A DNA stretch of 57,648 bases, taken from IMG/VR virus record IMGVR_UViG_3300032219_002612, positions 1 through 57,648 of that record; one strand, given 5' to 3'. Under the pieces are notes generated by a model. That model saw only the letters and a program-made list of their open reading frames with translations, was not told the origin of the DNA and did no database searches. The stretch comes from a virus. Taxonomy: Duplodnaviria > Caudoviricetes. Positions 54,585 through 57,648 of this stretch are shown piece after piece (positions within the stretch are counted from its first letter, which is position 1; every line of letters begins with the position of its first letter). Position numbers and translations under genes: made by a program.

Positions 54585-55255
54585 GAAAAATAGTCATTGC
54601 CACCCCTTGCTACGGAGGAGTCAGCGCGGACTTTGCCAACTCCCTAGCCGCTTCGGTAAACGTATTCCTATCCCACGGAATTCATTTGTTTCCTATGCTC
54701 CTGGCCCACCACTCCGTGATTCAGATGGCGCGCAACCGTCTTTTAGCGGAAGCTATTAAACTCGACGTGGACGACATTGTTTGGATTGACTCAGACATTT
54801 CCTGGGACCCCATGGATTTGATGAAGCTGTGTCTGCATGAAGAAGACGTGGTTGGCGCGACCTACCGGAAGAAGATGCCTGAGTCGACCCACTTCACTTT
54901 GATGCTGATCAAGGGCAATGAAACCCCCGACTGGCGGGGCCTGGTGGAAGTATCCCGCCTTGGAACCGGATTCCTTCGCATGACCAAGAAGGCCATGAAA
55001 GAGCTCTTTGAATCTTCGGTTGAGTATATCGACAGTAAGGGGGCGTCTGTTCGCAACGTCTTTGAAGTCGGATTGCTTGACGGCGAGTTCCTATCTGAAG
55101 ACTTCTTTGTTTGCGAGAAACTAAAGAAACTAGGGTACAAAATTATGCTCGACTCAAAGATCAATCTCGGCCACGAAGGTAACTTTGTATACCGCGGGGA
55201 TGTCCAGCATTTCCTGGGATGGATCAAAGATGGCTCTAAAGACAAAGTGGATTGA
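54581..55255 (+). CDS. glycosyltransferase (GT-A fold)
   Basis: IATPCYGG, ARN, WIDSDI (DxD), GTGF, SEDFF.C, LGH.G. Confidence 0.85.
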   Translation: MRKIVIATPCYGGVSADFANSLAASVNVFLSHGIHLFPMLLAHHSVIQMARNRLLAEAIKLDVDDIVWIDSDISWDPMDLMKLCLHEEDVVGATYRKKMPESTHFTLMLIKGNETPDWRGLVEVSRLGTGFLRMTKKAMKELFESSVEYIDSKGASVRNVFEVGLLDGEFLSEDFFVCEKLKKLGYKIMLDSKINLGHEGNFVYRGDVQHFLGWIKDGSKDKVD

Positions 55256-55646
55256 CCTTGCCATGCGGCTGGCTGACGCCGCGGCTAAGACAAGTCAGGA
55301 TCAGTTCGTTCGAGTCGGTGCAGCGGTGCTTCGGGAAGACGGCTCTGTTTGCGGGATTGGGTACAACGGATATCCCCCGGGTTTTGAACTAACCAAACAG
55401 GAATCTTTGGACCGCGACTACCGGCGGGACTTTATGGTTCATGCCGAAATCAATGCCCTTGCTTATAGCCGACCCGGCGAGCCCCACCTTTTGGCCGTCA
55501 CTTACCCTCCCTGTAAAGCCTGCGTCCTAGAAGCAGTCCGATATGGCGTGAAATACATTGCCTACCGCGAAAACGAGAAGCGTCCCATATTTCCGTCTGA
55601 CTATTTGGCAGCCCGGCTTGGTGTCACTTTGATCGCCGAAAAATAA
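55230..55646 (+). CDS. dCMP deaminase
   Basis: VGA, GYNG, HAEINAL, PCKAC. Confidence 0.9.
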   Translation: MALKTKWIDLAMRLADAAAKTSQDQFVRVGAAVLREDGSVCGIGYNGYPPGFELTKQESLDRDYRRDFMVHAEINALAYSRPGEPHLLAVTYPPCKACVLEAVRYGVKYIAYRENEKRPIFPSDYLAARLGVTLIAEK

Positions 55647-55692
55647 ATTAAATTTTTAAAGTACATACAACAGTATAGCAGGGCGGCGGAAG

Positions 55693-55721
55693 GGGGGAGG
55701 GGGGTGGGGGTGCGTATAGGG
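55693..55721 (+). promoter_or_regulatory. candidate phage-specific early promoter, copy 1
   Basis: GGGGGAGGGGG-N10-GTATAGGG; same motif and spacing at 56898-56926. Confidence 0.55.
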
Positions 55722-55788
55722 TTTGTCCCGCAAACCATACCCCCGATAGGGGGAGGGGGAGGGGGGAAACCAAAAGGAAACAAATCAA

Positions 55789-56211
55789 ATGGAAAACGCA
55801 ATCGTAACTCAAGCCTCAATCGAATTGAAACCCCAACGCAAAGCCAAGAGTGGGCGAACACTAAAGGCGGTGTTCGGTAAGTGGCACGGCGAAGCATTAG
55901 TCACCGAAGCAGGGAGACTATGCCCACGGAAGGAGTTTGGGATTGTCACCGATACCAAGGGTGTTCAACTCGCAACCCGCTACGATGAAGCGGTGCAGGA
56001 ATGGACAACCCTAGGAATGGCGAAGATGTCCCACGAGTCCACGGAATTATCGGCGGGCAAGCGGTCGCTCGTAAAGATGTTCCACGATCCGAAGAACGGA
56101 CGGCTCACCATCGTCACCGCACCCGCAAACAAGGATTCGAAATTGGTCAAGCAGATGAAGGATGCAGGATGCACCGATGAACAGATCGAGGCGGTACTAG
56201 CCAAGAGGTAA
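55789..56211 (+). CDS. hypothetical (probable early) protein
   Basis: 140 aa, SD AAGGA, followed by a terminator. Confidence 0.8.
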   Translation: MENAIVTQASIELKPQRKAKSGRTLKAVFGKWHGEALVTEAGRLCPRKEFGIVTDTKGVQLATRYDEAVQEWTTLGMAKMSHESTELSAGKRSLVKMFHDPKNGRLTIVTAPANKDSKLVKQMKDAGCTDEQIEAVLAKR

Positions 56212-56222
56212 GGAAACACTGG

Positions 56223-56260
56223 AGAGGGGGGAGGGAAACCTCCCCCCTCCCCTTTTTATT
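56223..56260 (+). terminator. intrinsic terminator
   Basis: GAGGGGGGAGG-GAAA-CCTCCCCCCTC followed by ccctttttatt. Confidence 0.8.
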
Positions 56261-56299
56261 TCAAAGAATCCAAGAATCTTAGAATCTATGATACCAAGC

Positions 56300-56764
56300 T
56301 TAACCAGCTGTAATGTCGATGGCCTGCTTCATCGCATCATCGCTTCGAAGAACCGCGAGGTTCACGATCGTCTTGCCATTGCTTCCTTGATTCTGCGAAG
56401 CCAAGCCCAATGTAGGGCGAGCTATACGATCAACTTTCTCCAAGACTTCGATATGATCTTTCAATTCCTTGCGGGTTCCAGGCATCTCGGATTCGAGGAC
56501 GTCCAAGCTGTGGTCAACTTGATTAGCAATCCTGTTCAGATATCGAGCCTGCTTATCGACACTACTCTGCACCACGGCCTGTGTATTAGCTTGTATAATC
56601 TTGTGGGTCACGGCATCCTTCTTTGCTTTCCAACCGCTTCTTCGAATCTTTGCATCCAAGGTGTTAAGACTCAACACATAAGTGGCTGCGATAAAGCTAC
56701 GGCTTTTCCCTTGGATATAATCCTTCTCGACAGCTTTCCAATCTACACTCAACGACTTACCCAT
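56300..56764 (-). CDS. terS: terminase small subunit (N-terminal HTH)
   Basis: VDWKAVEKDYIQG.S...IA..Y..S.NTL...IRR.GW, helical middle, ...ARPTLGL. Confidence 0.7.
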   Translation of the reverse strand: MGKSLSVDWKAVEKDYIQGKSRSFIAATYVLSLNTLDAKIRRSGWKAKKDAVTHKIIQANTQAVVQSSVDKQARYLNRIANQVDHSLDVLESEMPGTRKELKDHIEVLEKVDRIARPTLGLASQNQGSNGKTIVNLAVLRSDDAMKQAIDITAG

Positions 56765-56770
56765 AAGGCA

Positions 56771-56799
56771 AGCTTATTACGTGACGTGCACTACGTCAA
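56771..56799 (-). promoter_or_regulatory. terS promoter (leaderless)
   Basis: TTGACG-N17-TAAGCT-N6-ATG(56764). Confidence 0.65.
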
Positions 56800-56897
56800 T
56801 GCATCTTTGAATCAAGGATTCAATGAATCCGTGCATCCTGTGCACCAGCTTTCATCTTCCAATATCCATCCCCCCTACCTATCGGGTCGTTCCCGTA

Positions 56898-56926
56898 GGG
56901 GGAGGGGGACATCGGTCGGTATAGGG
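56898..56926 (+). promoter_or_regulatory. candidate phage-specific early promoter, copy 2
   Basis: GGGGGAGGGGG-N10-GTATAGGG upstream of SD AAGGAG and ATG 56962. Confidence 0.55.
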
Positions 56927-56961
56927 ATTATGGAAGCAACCCTAACCCAAGGAGAAAACAA

Positions 56962-57447
56962 ATGAGTAACACATACCTTCAAGACTTCGGTCTGCTACGC
57001 AAGCAGATGAACGATCGAGAGGTCAACGACCCTATGTCTGGCAGTGGCAGATGGGAGGACTTGCAGATGGACTTGAGGCAACCTCATATCCCGCAGGCTC
57101 GCAGAGCGTCGATGCCTGCCAACCGCAAGCTTAAGATTGGTGACCTTGAGATCAGTATCAGGGAGCCCGATGCCAAGCTGACCACGGCTTTTGGGTTCGT
57201 GACCAATGGAGTTTACAAGCACAAGCTAGTAACCCCCAAGGCTCACACCTACCAGCGTTCTTTGCAAGAGACCCGCGGGCAGGTTCGTGACCCCAAGGAT
57301 GCAGAGCTTTACTGCCCCCACGGTTCGGTGGCCGAGGCTATCAAGCGGTATGTCCGCAAGGCTAGGTTTGCCACCATCCCAAGCGTGGCTGACAAGTATC
57401 GCGAGAAGGTCAGACTGCTATGGCCAGCACGGAGGGTCGGGCGATGA
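56962..57447 (+). CDS. hypothetical (probable early) protein
   Basis: 161 aa, SD AAGGAG. Confidence 0.75.
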   Translation: MSNTYLQDFGLLRKQMNDREVNDPMSGSGRWEDLQMDLRQPHIPQARRASMPANRKLKIGDLEISIREPDAKLTTAFGFVTNGVYKHKLVTPKAHTYQRSLQETRGQVRDPKDAELYCPHGSVAEAIKRYVRKARFATIPSVADKYREKVRLLWPARRVGR

Positions 57448-57648
57448 AGTGTGTCATCTGTGACGATCTTATCGAGGCCGAGCGTATCAACCTAGGCTTC
57501 ACTAAGTGCAAGGGCTGTGCGTTCCTGCACCCCGAAGAGAAGGTCAAAGGTGCGATGGTTTACTTGGATAAGACTGGCGGGGCGATCAATGTGATGAGTC
57601 CCGACAGCTTTGATAACTACAAACGAATTTCGCGCAGGGTCGGTCAGC
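57444..57648 (+). CDS. TraR/DksA-like C4 zinc-finger protein (runs off the window end)
   Basis: MKCVICDDLIEAERINLGFTKCKGCA: CxxC...I...R......CxxC; ATGA coupling; not in ORF track. Confidence 0.7.
   Translation, partial: MKCVICDDLIEAERINLGFTKCKGCAFLHPEEKVKGAMVYLDKTGGAINVMSPDSFDNYKRISRRVGQ

Noticed and set aside
56288-56965. 225-aa + strand ORF
   Set aside because: Antisense to the terS-like gene and runs through promoter elements; no recognisable motifs
1-57648. Stop-codon reassignment
   Set aside because: Genes tile densely in the standard code, all three stops are used, the tRNA is not a suppressor, and the one split gene is a frame change rather than an in-frame stop

Overview
Most of the genome of a tailed dsDNA phage with podovirus-type architecture; the host is probably Gram-negative, judging from a lipoprotein spanin. 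Layout: end of a + strand early/accessory block (1-1.7 kb); a - strand virion operon (1.8-41.2 kb: TerL, portal, scaffold, major capsid, head spike, lysis, tail fibres, nozzle/adaptor, three ejection proteins including a 3,737-aa giant, and a cluster of small basic proteins); a + strand replication block (41.3-52.2 kb: resolvase, SF2 helicase, split Cas4-like nuclease, SSB, PolA, primase-helicase, 3D protein, HtrA protease); an iteron-rich noncoding region; tRNA-Tyr; glycosyltransferases and dCMP deaminase; a distant TerS; and the start of a probable early region. The leading candidate for a new system is the giant ejection protein. It contains an ECF-sigma-like domain, a Strawberry-notch-type SF2 helicase and a zincin-like motif, while the first two probable early genes share a G-rich bipartite motif (GGGGGAGGGGG-N10-GTATAGGG) instead of the TTGAC-type promoters found elsewhere. 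Together these suggest a virion-delivered sigma factor with its own promoters. Also notable: a shared (P/G)LGK peptide tag on seven small virion-operon proteins, leaderless and overlapping divergent promoters, and a structured capsid-gene leader RNA. All protein family calls come from motif recognition by eye, with no database searches.
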